A DNA stretch of 64,000 bases from Squalus acanthias (lineage: Eukaryota): the NCBI GenBank assembly GCA_030390025.1, contig JASTWF010000069.1, positions 930,001-994,000 of the forward strand. Direction: 5' to 3'. The notes beneath the pieces are model-generated. The model had not been told where the DNA came from. It did no database searches and saw only the letters and a list, made by a program, of their open reading frames with translations. Positions within the stretch are counted from its first letter, which is position 1; each line of letters opens with the position of its first letter. A program made the position numbers and the translations under genes. Positions 36,128 through 48,855 of the stretch are shown here, piece after piece.

Positions 36128-37944
36128 ATGTTGCCTCTATACACCAGGATCCTGATCGTACTCGGGACACTACTAGACGCCATAGGAACAGGAAACCTTC
36201 TGAGAAATCGCCAACATCCAGAGGACCAGGGAGACCCGAATTACCCACAGGTCCTCGTCGGAGAGAGAGTATATCTGACGGGTATATTCCGGCGGAAGGG
36301 CACCAAGTACTTCAATTTTCCCGGAAGGGGCCGAACATTTGGCGGGTGTAAGGGAAGCCAACCCAGGATATTGGGCGTTGAGTTAAAGTACAATAGGACC
36401 TTGTGTATTGAATGTGGTAGTGAGAGGGTAAGGGCCAACCGACCGACATATCACAGATGGATGTGGATTAAGTTCAGGTATCTACCAGGGATGCCACAGA
36501 TACTACATGCCTGTAGAAACATGTGGCCGCGCGTTAACTATATGCGGTGCCTCGACACACAGGGTTCCGCCGTCATAAGCCAGGTTTAGTCAATGACGCA
36601 CTGACTGGCGTAAATACCGGCACGTCCCTGATAAATGCCCTGGATATCCAATCCGTGAAAGCAAGCTCGGAGAGTCTTAGAGACTGTGCGGATTTTGCTC
36701 CAGAGGCACACGGGGGACGTCCGGACGGGAGTAGACTTGGGGCAGCAGACCACCAAGATATTATGACAGGGACTTGTGATAATGGAGGGGCCTGCGACCA
36801 CCATTCATCGCTTCATTGACCGAGAATACGAGGAGGCCACCAGTGGGGTGAAGCGAAACACTTGTCTCGCATATGGGGGATGGATCATAGGACAAGTCTG
36901 ACACAACCTGGACAGGCAGGGTCCCCGACTGGATCAATAGTACCCACCTACTGCAGTTGGCACAGCACCCAGGATCACTGGATAGCTGTATACTAAAGGA
37001 CATGACAAGGGTCTGCCCTGTGACGGGTGGGTACACCTCGCTGATAGGGATGGTGCTAATGATCCCGGTAATGACTGGAGACGCGAAACCATACCCGCAG
37101 TACGAGGTGGAGAACATAGGACTGATCAGGGGCAGGGATTACCTGCGGTACTACCCAATGGATCAATAAGCGATCAAAAGTAACAGAACCATGAGAGGGG
37201 TCTCATTGATTGGGTGCCGCAGGGAAAGGAAGCCTCACGATCTGCCCACACCCGGTGGGACAAGGTAGGAAGGATGGGTGCGGGTTCAATCAGACTGTGG
37301 GATGTGTGCTGGAAATAAGCCCAGCGGAATCTGAACCGACCCACTCTGCCTACCGGGGAAAGGGCGAGTACTGCGTGACAAACCAACGGAGGTACGATGA
37401 TGGTGGACTGACATGTAATATCACTAACCCCAACTTCTGCTTCACCCCCAGCCTGCCCGTGACAATCGGGCGCGCACGGATGACGTACATTCACGCACGA
37501 AAAACGGTCACCCGGAATCTAACAGACGAGATCAGAGCGGACCTGGGGCTATACGAGGAACACCTCGCAGCGCCCATTCCGCATCTCCCAGGGGATCTAA
37601 AGAAACTTAGGGACCCTCGACACGAGAACATGAAACGGTCCCATCTCCTGAAACAAGAGTTACAGGAACTAGACAAGGAGATGGAAACCCAACTCCGTAA
37701 GATACCGTGGTATGAAACAGTCTGAAACTGGGACTTGAACGTAAATATCCACCCTTGGGTCCGCATCATCTCTCATGTACTGGTAGCGCGACAATTAATA
37801 TTAGCGTTAGGTTGGCTTACAATGACTTGTGCTGCTTGCTGGAAACGTAGAAACAAAACCAGGGCAAAGGCGATAGTTAAGGAGCAGAGTAAGCTGCTCA
37901 AACGTGTGCAAGATGAAGGAATTATTGAGCTCCAAACGCACTAG
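36128..37944 (+). pseudogene. env: envelope glycoprotein, frameshifted, fusion(F)-protein-like layout
   Basis: signal peptide MLPLYTRILIVLGTLL; RRHK(P)-GLVNDALTGVNTGTSLIN cleavage/fusion-peptide-like segment; Cys-rich region; heptad LKQELQELDKEM; C-terminal TM; ends just before the PPT. Confidence 0.75.
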
Positions 37945-38586
37945 GTGTCCCCAACCCAGCAGCTGGCCACTGAAAGCGGGGCGGGATGCCTAAGGCAGTA
38001 GGAGTAGTAATTGGTCATCTTGGGTGGGTTAGCCAAGGACCAAAAGGGGGGACAGGAGTGGAGCAGCGGTGCCCTTCAGGAATTAAGGGGTTAACAACGC
38101 AGCTTGCACACTAGACAGACCAGCGGGGATAGGTCAGACACGCTGACCACAAGGTCCCGGTGCTTTTGCAAGATTAGATGAAACTAGCTCAGCAGCACCA
38201 ACCACAAACTATGGAACCTGGAGATCAGTAACACCACTCGGGGCCACAGCGAGACAGAAATGCAGACATGTGGTTTTACTAAAGCTCACAAAATTAGAAC
38301 AACAGGTGAGTCATAAAGATCATGTGACAATAAATATAGGCGAACGGTCATGTGACGCGAGATAGGGAATTAGCCAATCAGCAACTGTGCCAGCGGGCGT
38401 TAAGCCAATTAAAACAGTGTAACGGGATTGTGCACGAGGTTACCACGACCTTTGAACGCATAAATATGTAACGCTTACCGTATCATTTCGGAGAAGTCTC
38501 CTGGTGCGCCAGTAAGAGATTCTCTCCCCACCGGTGGAATAAAGACTTTTCATTTGTACCGGACAGACTTGTGTCTAGTGTTGAAT

Positions 38587-39513
38587 AAATACAGCACTTC
38601 AATCAAATACTGCACTTCAATCTAATACAACACTTCAATCAAATACTGCACTTCAATCTAATACAACACTTCAATCAAATACAACACTTCAATCTAATAC
38701 AACACTTCAATCAAATACAACACTTCAATCTAATACAACACTTCAATCTAATACAGCACTTCAATCTAATACAACACTTCAATCTAATACAACACTTCAA
38801 TCTAATACAACACTTCAATCTGATACAACACTTCAATCTAATACAACACTTCAATCTGATACAACACTTCAATCTAATACAACACTTCAATCTAATACAG
38901 CACTTCAATCTAATACAACACTTCAATCTAATACAACACTTCAATCTGATACAACACTTCAATCTAATACAGCACTTCAATCTGATACAACACTTCAATC
39001 TAATACAACACTTCAATCTAATTCAGCCCTTCAATCTGATACAACACTTCAATCTAATACAACACTTCAATCTAATACAGCACTTCAATCTAATACAACA
39101 CTTCAATCTGATACAACACTTCAATCTAATTCAGCCCTTCAATCAAATACAACACTTCAATCTGATACAACACTTCAATCTAATACAGCACTTCAATCTA
39201 ATACAACACTTCAATCTGATACAACACTTCAATCTAATTCAGCCCTTCAATCTAATACAACACTTCAATCTGATACAACACTTCAATCTAATACAACACT
39301 TCAATCTAATACAGCACTTCAATCTAAGACAACACTTCAATCTGATACAACACTTCAATCTGATACAGCACTTCAATCAAATACAAAACTTCAATCTAAT
39401 ACAGCACTTCAAGCGAATACAGCACTTCAATCTAATACAACACTTCAATCTAATACAACACTTCAATCTAATACAGCCCTGCAATCTGATGCAGTACTTC
39501 AATCTAATACAGC
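38587..39513. repeat. 18-bp minisatellite (aatacaacacttcaatct)n, about 51 copies
   Basis: direct repeats; source of the IRLKCC pseudo-ORF. Confidence 0.95.
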
Positions 39514-39639
39514 CCTCGAGCCTGTTACAAAGGAACAGGAGGAGGCCGATTCAGTCCCTCGAGCCTGCTCCACCATTCTATTCGATCATGGCTGATCTGT
39601 ACGTCAACTCCAATTTACCGCCTTTGCTCCACATCCCTT

Positions 39640-40176
39640 TGAAAGGGTTAATTTGAACCCATGTTAAATTAAAGCTCTCTTAGCTGTAAAGGGAATGGAC
39701 GTTATGTACGAAATAGAATAAGAAGCAACCAGGTGGATGATAAGGATTGGATGCCTAGCTTCATTCAAGGACAGAATACAATGGGAACTGTAGAGAAATA
39801 CAATGGACAAGTGTGAGAGTGAGATGACACCCAGCACCCAGGCAAAACATAGAATGTGATTCCCAACAAATATTGCTTGCAGCATATATATGTAATTGGA
39901 TAATTGTTTTTAGTTTGTAGCTGACAAAGATAAGAAATATAACGAATTAACCGGTTTAGTTTGAATTGACATAATTGGAATCATGTGATATTTTGTAAAA
40001 ATGTGATTGGATAATTCTTAAATAAAAGGTTGTAACTGACAACGGGAGGTCAAGAAACCGTGGTCACTAGGCCGGGTAAGGACTATGACGCTTCTCCCAG
40101 AGATCTCTGAACATTAATAAACTGTTTTGCTTTAAACTATCAACACAGACTGGAGTGAATTAATTTCTCCCTAACA
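39640..40176 (+). mobile_element. solo LTR (537 bp)
   Basis: tgaaagggttaatttg...ccctaaca; AATAAA ~40116; 4-bp target duplication cctt; absent from the four sister spacer copies. Confidence 0.85.
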
Positions 40177-43100
40177 CCTTGATACCCTTAACCAACAAAA
40201 ATCTAGCACTCTCAATTTCTAAAGACCTCCTGCATCCACAGCCTTTTTGGGGGGGGAAGTGTTCCAGATTTCCACCACCCTTTGTGTGAAGACGTGCTTC
40301 CTGACATCAGCCCTGAATGGCCTGGATCTAATTTTAAGGTTCTGTCCCCTTGTTCCGGACTCCGTTGTTTGAGATTACGATTGAGAAATAGGAAGAAAGA
40401 AATTTTACACAACAGAATGACAGATCCTATATTTCATTTGAGATTATTTCCCCTTTTAACAACAAAAAAATATTGAAAGGCTTCCCATTATCAACTCAAT
40501 GCCAGATTCGGTTCTCTGTTCCTGACACAATACTCAATCTATCCTGTGGCAGTTGTCGCTCAGTGGGTTCAGCACTCTCTCTTTCTCACTCTGTCTCTGA
40601 GTCAGAAGGTTGTGGGTTCAAGGCCTAACTCCAGAGACTTGAACACTTAATCCAGGCCGAGACTCATGGTCCCAATACTGAGGGAGCGCCGCACTGTCGG
40701 AGGGGCAGTACTGGGGGAGTGCTGCACTGTCAGAGGGGCAGTACTGAGGGAGCGCAGCACTGTCGGAGGGGCAGTACTGGGGGAGCGCTGCACTGTCGGA
40801 GGGGCAGTACTGGGGAGCGCTGCACTGTCGGAGGGGCAGTACTGGGGGAGCGCTGCACTGTCGGAGGGGCAGTACTGAGGGAGCGCCGCACCGTTGGAGG
40901 GGCAGTACTGAGGGAGCGCAGCACTGTCGGAGGGGCAGTACTGGGGGAGCGCTGCACTGTCAGAGGGACAGTACTGAGGGAGCGCCGCACTGTCGGAGGG
41001 GCAGTACTGAGGGAGCGCCGCACTTTGGGAGGGTCAGTACTGAGGGAGCGCCGCACTGACAGAGGGGCAGTACTGGGGGAGCGCCGCACTGTCGGAAGGT
41101 CAGTACTGAGGGAGCGCCGCACTGTCGGAGGGGCAGTAATGAGGAACAGGAGGAGGCCCATTCAGCACCTCAAGCCTGTTACACAGGAACAGGAGGAGGC
41201 CGATTCAGCCCCTTCGAGCCTGTTACACAGCAACAGGATTAGGCACATTAAGCCAATCGAGCCTGTTACACAGGAACAGGAGGAGGTCCATTCAGCCCCC
41301 TCGAGCCCATTACACAGGAACAGGAGGAGGCCCATTCAGCCCCCTCGAGCCTGTTACACAGGAACAGAAGGAGGCCCATTCAGCCCCTCGAGCCTGTTAC
41401 ACAGGAACAGAAGGAGGCCCATTCAGCCCCTCCAGCCTGTTACACAGGGACAGGAGAGGCCCATTCAGCCCCTCGAGACTGTTACACTGTAACAGGAGGA
41501 GGCACATTCAGCTCCTCGAGTCTGTTACCACAAGAAAATGATGTGGCTGATTCAGCCCCTCGATCCTGTTGCACAGGGACAGGAGGATGGGCAGTACTGA
41601 GGGAGCGCCGCACTATCGGAGGGGCAATACTGAGGGAGCGCCGCACTGTCGGAGGGGCAGTACTGAGGAACAGGAGGTGGCCTATTCAGCCCCTCGAGGC
41701 TGTTACACAGGAACAGGAGGAGGCCCATTCAGCCCCTCAAGCCTGTAACATCAACAGGAGGAGGCACATTCAGCCCCTCGAGTCTGTCACCATAGGAAAA
41801 GGAGGAGGCCGATTTAGCCCCACGATACTGTTACACAGTGACAGGAGGATGGCATTCAGCCCCTCGAGCCTGTTGCACAGGAAAAGGCGGAGGCCCATTC
41901 AGCCCCCTTGAGCCTGTTACACAGGAACAGGAGGAGGTCCATTCAGCCTCTCGAGCCTGTTACACAGGAACAGGAGGAGGCCCATTCAGCCCCTCGAGCC
42001 TGTTACACAGGAACAGGAGGAGGCCCGTTCAGCTCCTCGAGACTGTTACACAGGGACAGGAGGAGGCACATTCAGCCCCTCGAGTCTGTTACCATAGGAA
42101 AAGGAGGAGGCCCATTCAGCCCCTCGAGACTGTTACACAGTAACAGGAGGAGGCACATTCAGCCCCTCGAGTCTGTTACCATAGGAAAATGAGGAGGCCG
42201 ATTCAACCCCTCGATCCTGTTACACAGGGAATGGAGGATGGGCAGTACTGAGGGAGCACCGCACTATCGGAGGGGCAATACTGAGGGAGCGCCGCACTGT
42301 CGGAGGGGCAGTACTGAGGAACAGGAGGAGGCCTATTCAGCCCCTCGAGGCTGTTACACAGGAACAGGAGGAGGCCCATTCAGCCCCTCGAGCCTGTTAC
42401 ACAGGAACAGGAGAAGGCCCCTTCAGCATCTCGAGCCTTTTACACAGGAACAGGAGGAGGTCTCTTCAGTCCCCTCGAGCCTGTTACACAGGAACAGGAG
42501 GAGGCCCATTCAGCCTCCTCGAGCCTGTTACACAGGAACAGGAGGAGGCCCATTCAGCCCTTGAGCCTGTTACACAGGAACAGGAGAAGGCCCATTCAGC
42601 CCCTCAAGCCTGTTACACAGGAACAGGAGGAGGTCTATTCAGCCCCCTCGAGCCTGTTACACAGGGACAGGAGGAGGCCCATTCAGCCCCTCGAGACTGT
42701 TACACAGTAACAGGAGGAGGCACATTCAGCCCCTCGAGTCTGTTACCATAGGAAAATGAGGAGGCCGATTCAGCCCCTCGATCCTGTTACACAGGGACAG
42801 GAGGAGGCCATTCAGCCCCTCGAGCCTGTTACACAGGAACAGGATGAGGCCATTCAGCCCCACGAGCCTATTACACAGGGACAGGAGGAGGCATCTTCAG
42901 CCCCTCGAACATGTTACACAGGACAGGAGGAGGCCATTCAGCCCCTCGAGCCTGTTACACAGTAACAGGAGGTGGCCCATTCAGCCCCTCGAGCCTGTTA
43001 CACATGAACAGGAGGAGGCCATTCAGCCCCTCGAGCCTGTTACACAGGGACAGGAGGAGGCCCATACAGCCCCTCGAACATGTTACACAGGACAGGAGGA

Positions 43101-46100
43101 GGCACATTCAGCCCGTCGAGCCTGTTACACAGGAACAGGAGGAGGACCATTCAGCCCCTCGAGCCTGTTACACAGGAACAGGAGGAGACCCATTCAGCCC
43201 CTCGAGTCTGTTACACAGGAACAGGAGGAGGCCCATTCAGCCCCTCGAGCCTGTTACACAGGAACAGGAGGAGGCCCATTCAGCCCCTCGAGCCTGTTAC
43301 ACAGGAACAGGAGGAGGCCCATTCAGTCCCTCGAGCCTGTTACACAAGAACAGGAGGAGGCCCATTCAGCCCCTCGAGCCTGTTACACAGGAACAGGAGG
43401 AGGCCCATTCAGTCCCTCGAGCCTGTTACACAGGAACAGGAGGAGACCCATTTAGCCCCTCGAGCCTGCTCCACCATTCAATTCGATCATGGCTGATCAG
43501 TACGTCAACTCCAATTGCCCGCCTTTGCTCCACATCTCTTGACACCCATAAGCAACAAAATCTAGCAATCTCAATTTCTAAAGACTTCCTGCATCCACAG
43601 CCTTTTTGGGGGAGAGAGTTCCAGATTTCCACCACCCTTTGTGTGAAGACGTGCTTCCTGACATCAGCACTGAATGGCCTGGATCTAATTTTAAGGTTCT
43701 GCCCCCTGTTCCGGACTCCGTTGTTTGAGATTACGATTGAGAAATAGGAAGGAAAGAAATTTTACACAACAGAATGACAGATCCTATATTCCATTTGAGG
43801 TTATTTCTCCTTTTAACAACAAAAAAATATTGAAAGGCTTCCCTTTATAAACTCAAGGCCAGATTCGGTTCTCTGTTCCTGACACAATCCTCAATCTATC
43901 CTGTGGCAGTTGTCGCGCAGTGTGTTTAGGACTCTCTCTTTCTCACTCTCGCCTCTGAGTCAGAAGTTTGTGGGTTCAAGGCCTCACTCCAGAGACTTGA
44001 ACACATAATCCAGGCCGAGAATCATGGTGCCAGTACAGAGGGAGCGCCGCACTGTCAGAGGGGCAGTACTGTGGGAGCGTCGCACTATCGGAGGGGCAGT
44101 ACTGAGGGAGCGTCGCACTATTGGAGGGGCAGTACTGAGGGAGCGGCGCACTTTGGGAGGGGCAGTACTGAGGGAGCGCCGCACTGTCAGAGGGGCAGTA
44201 CTGGGGGAGCGCCGCGCTGTCGGAAGGTCAGTACTGAGGGAGCGCCGCACTGTCAGAGGGGCAGTACTGAGGGAATGCCGCACTGTCGGAGGGGCAGTAC
44301 TGAGGGAGTGCTGCACTGTCGGAGGGGCAGTACTGAGGTAGCGACGCACTGTCAGAGGGGCAATAATGAGGGAGCGCCGCACTGTTGGAGGGGCAGTACT
44401 GAGGAACAGGAGGAGGCCCATTCAGCCCCTCGAGCCTGTTACACAGGAACAGGAGGAGGCCCATTCAGCCCCTCGAGCCTGTTAAACAGGAACAGGAGGA
44501 GGCCCATTCAGCCCCTCGAGTCTGTTACCATAGGAAAAGGTGGAGGCCGATTCAGCCCCTCGAGCCTGTTACACAGGGACAGGATGAGGCCATTCAGCCC
44601 CTCAAGCCTGTAACACAGGAACAGGAGGAGGCCATTCAGCCCCTCGAGCCTGTTACACAGGAACAGGAGGAGGCCCATTCAGCCCCCTCGAGCCTGTTAC
44701 ACAGGAACAGGAGGAGGCACATTCAGCCCCTCGAGTCTGTTACCATAGGAAAAGGAGGAGGCCGATTCAGCCCCTCGAGCCTGTTACACAGGAACAGGAG
44801 GAGGTCCATTCAGCCTCTCGAGCCTGTTACACAGGAACAGGAGGAGGCCCATTCAGCCCCTCGAGCCTGTTACACAGGGACAGGAGGAGGCCCATTCAGC
44901 CCCTCGAGCCTGTTAAACAGGAAAAGGAGGAGGCCCATTCAGCCCCTCGAGCCTGTTACACAAGAACAGGAGGAGACTCATTTAGCCCCTCGAGCCTGCT
45001 CCACCATTCAATTCGATCATGGCTGATCTGTACGTCAACTCCAATTGCCCGCCTTTGCTCCACATCTCTTAACACCCATAAGCAACAAAATCTAGCAATC
45101 TCAATTTCTAAAGACTTCCTGCATCCACAGCCTTTTTGGGGGAGAGAGTTCCTGATTTCCACCAGCCTTTGTGTGAAGACGTGCTTCCTGACATCACCCC
45201 TGAATGGCCTGGATCTAATTTTAAGGTTCTGCCCCCCTGTTCCGGACTCCGTTGTTTGAGATTACGATTGAGAAATAGGAAGGAAAGAAATTTTACACAA
45301 CAGAATGACAGATCCTATATTCCATTTGAGATTATTTCTCCTTTTAACAACAAAAAAATATTGAAAGGCTTCCCTTTATAAACTCAAGGCCAGATTCGGT
45401 TCTCTGTTCCTGACACAATCCACAATCTATCCTGTGGCAGTTGTCGCTCAGTGTGTTCAGCACTCTCTCTTTCTCACTCTCGCCTCTGAGTCAGAAGTTT
45501 GTGGGTTCAAGGCCTCACTCCAGAGACTTGAACACATTATCCAGGCCGAGAATCATGGTGCCAGTACAGAGGGAGTGCCGCACTGTCGGAGGGGCAGTAC
45601 TGGGGGAGCGCTGCACTGTCGGAAGGGCAGTACGGAGGGAGCGCCGCACTATCGGAGGGGCAGTACTGAGGGAGCGCCGCACTGAGGGAGGGGCAGAACT
45701 GAGGGAGCGCCGCACTGTCAGAGGGGCAGTACTGAGGGAGCGCCGCACTTTGGGAGGGGCAGTACTGGGGGAGGGCTGCGCTATCGGAAGTTCAGTACTG
45801 AGGGAGCGCCGCACTGTCAGAGGGGCAGTACTGGGCTAACGACGCACTGTCGGAGGGGCAGTACTGAGGGAGTGCTGCACTGTCGGAGGGGCAGTACTGA
45901 GGGAGCGCCGCACTGTCGGAGGGGCAGTACTGAGGGAGCGCCGCACTGTCGGAGGGGCAGTACTGAGGAACAGGAGGAGGCCCATTCAGCCCCTCGAGCC
46001 TGTTACACAGGAACAGGAGAAGCCCAATCAACCCCTTGAGCCTGTTACACAGTTACAAGGGGAGGCCCATTCAGCCCCTCGAGCACGTTAAACAGGAACA

Positions 46101-47929
46101 GGAGGAGGCCCATTCAGCCCCTCGAGCCTGTTACACAGGAACAGGATGAGGCCCATTCAGCCACTCGAGCCTGTTACACAGGAACATGGGGAGGCTGATT
46201 CTGCCCCTCGAGCCTGTTACACAGGAAAAGGAGGCGGCCCATTCAGTCCCTTCGAGCCTGTTACACAGGAACAGGAGGAGGTCCATTCAGCTCCTCAAGC
46301 CTGTTACACAGGAACAGGAGGAGGCCCATTCAGCCCCCTCGAGCCTGTTACACAGGAACAGGAGGAGGCCCATTCAGCCCCTCGAGCCTGTTACACAGGA
46401 ACAGGAGGAGGTCTATTCAGCCCCCTCGAGCCTGATACACAGGAACAGGAGGAGGTCCATTCAGCCCCCTCGAGCCTCTTACACAGGAACAGGAGAAGGC
46501 CCATTCAGCCCCTCGAGCCTGTTACAGAGGAACAGGAGGAGGTCCATTCAGCCCCTCGAGCCTGTTACAGAGGAACAGGAGGAGGTCCATTCAGTCCCCT
46601 CGACCCTGTTACACAGGAACAGGAGGAGGCCCATTCAGCCACTCGAGACTGTTACACAGTAACAGGAGGAGGCACATTCAGCCCCTCGATCCTGTTGCAA
46701 AGGAACAGGAGGAGGCCATACAGCCCCTCGAGCCTGTTACAGAGGAACAGGAGGAGGCACATTCAGCCCCTCGCACGTGTTACACGGGACAGGAGGAGGC
46801 ACATTCAGCCCGTCGAGCCTGTTGCACAGCAACAGGAGGAGGCCCATTCAGCCTCTCGAGCCTGTTACACAGGAACAGGAGGAGGACCATTCCGCCCCTC
46901 GAGCCTGTTACACAGGAACAGGAGTTGCCCAATCAGCCCCTTGAGCCTGTTACACAGTTACAAGGGGAGGCCCATTCAGTCCCTCGAGCCTGTTACACAG
47001 GTACAGGAGGAGCCCATTCAGCCCCTCGAGCCTGTTACACAGGAACAGGAGGAGGCCCATTCAGCCCCTCGAGCCTGTTACACAGGAACAGGAGGAGGCC
47101 CATTCAGCCCCTCGAGCCTGTTACACAGGAACAGGAGGAGGCCCATTCAGCCCCTCGAGCCTGTTACACAGGAACAGGAGGAGGCCATTCAGCCCCTCGA
47201 GCCTGTTACACAGGAACAGGAGGAGGCCCATTCAGCCCCTCGAGCCTGTTACACAGGAACAGGAGGAGGCACATTCAGCCCCTCGAGCCTGTTACACAGG
47301 AACAAGAGGAGGTCCATTCAGCCCCCTCGAGCCTGTTACACAGAAACAGGAGGAGGCCGATTCAGCCCCTCGAGCCTGTTACACAGGAACAGGAGGAGGC
47401 ACATTCAGCCCCTCGAGCCTGTTACACAGGAACAGGAGGAGGCCCATTCAGCCCCCTCGAGCCTGTTACACAGGAAAAGGAGAGGCCCATTCAGCCCCTC
47501 GAGCCTGTTACACAGGAACAGGAGGAGGCCCATTCAGCCCCTCGAGCCTGTTACACAGGAACAGAGGAGGCCATTCAGCCCCTCGAGCCTGTTACACAGG
47601 AACAGGAGGAGGCCATTCAGCCCCTCGAGCCTGTTACACAGGAACAGGAGTAGGCCATTCAGCCCCTCGAACATGTTACACGGGACAGGAGGAGGCACAT
47701 TCAGCCCCTCAATCCTGTTACACAGGAACAGGAGGAGCCCATTCCGCCCCTCAATCCTGTACACAGGAACAGGAGGAGCTCATTCCGCCCCTCGAGCCTG
47801 TACACAGGAACAGGAGGAGCCCATTCAGCCACTTGAGCCTGTTACACAGGAAAAGGACGAGCCCATTCAGCCACTCGAGCCTGTTACACAGGAACAGGAG
47901 GAGGCCATTCAGCCCCTCGAGCCTGTTAC

Positions 47930-48855
47930 AGGAAATATAGTAGAGCAAGTTATTATCTAAATGGCAAGAAACTGGAAAGTACTGAAGTACAAAGGGAACT
48001 GGGGGTCCTGGTGCACGAAACTCAAAAGGTTAGTATGCAGGTGCAACAAGTGATTAAGAAGTCCAATGGAATGTTGGCTTTCATTGCTAGGGGGATAGAA
48101 TATAAAAATAGAGAGGTATTGCTTCAGTTGTACAAGGTGTTGGTGAGACCGCACCTGGAATACTGCATACAGTTTTGGTGTTCATACTTAAGAAAAGACA
48201 TACTTGCTCTCGAGTCAGTACAAAGAAGGATCACTCGGTTAATCCCGGGGATGAGGGGATGGATATATGAGGAGAGGTTGGGTAGATTGGGACTCTACTC
48301 ATTGGAGTTCAGAAGAATGAGAGGCGATCTTATTGAAACATAAGATTGTGAAGGGGTTGGATCGGGTGGATGCGGGGAGGATGTTCCCGATGATGGGTGA
48401 AACTAGAACTAGGGGGCATAGTCTTAGAATAAGGGGCTGCTCTTTCAAAACTGAGATGAGATGGAACTACTTCACTCAGAGGGTGGTAGGTCCATGGAAT
48501 ATGCTGCCCCAAAAAGCTGTAGAAGCTACATCATTACATAAATTTAAAACAGAAATAGACAGTTTCCTAGAAGTAAAGGGAATTAAGGGTTACGGGGAGC
48601 GGGCAGGAATTTGGACATGAGTCTAGGTTCGGATCGGTCATGGCCCTGTGGGTAGCGCAGCGGGCCCAGGGGCCGTGTAGCCTGATCCTGCTCCTATTTC
48701 GTGTGTCCAATTCTGTTAGGTTCAGGAGATGGTTCTGTGATAGTAGATTGGCGGTTAGGATCAGATCAGCCATGATCTTATTGAATGGCGGAGAAGGCTC
48801 GAGAGGCAGATTGGCCTACTCCTGCTCCTATTTCGTTTGTTCTTATGTTCTTATG
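47930..48855 (+). mobile_element. CR1 3' fragment plus HE1/CR1-type tail inside the composite array
   Basis: LYKVLVRPHLEYC..LESVQRR..RRMRGDLIET; tail gatcagccatgatc..ggcctactcctgctcctatttc..ttcttatg. Confidence 0.85.

Larger units (their letters stand above)
34245..38601 (+). mobile_element. defective endogenous retrovirus (LTR-PBS-[gag/pro/RT deleted]-IN-env-PPT-LTR)
   Basis: 549-bp 5' LTR 34245-34793 (TG..CA, AATAAA); PPT aaaagggggg 38042-38051; 3' LTR from 38054. Confidence 0.92.

Noticed and set aside
38711-39016. Cys-rich (IRLKCC)n ORF
   Set aside because: translation of the 18-bp satellite
40545-40640. tRNA-like sequence (gctcagtgg...ggttcaag)
   Set aside because: degenerate tRNA-derived SINE head with an insertion; no complete cloverleaf
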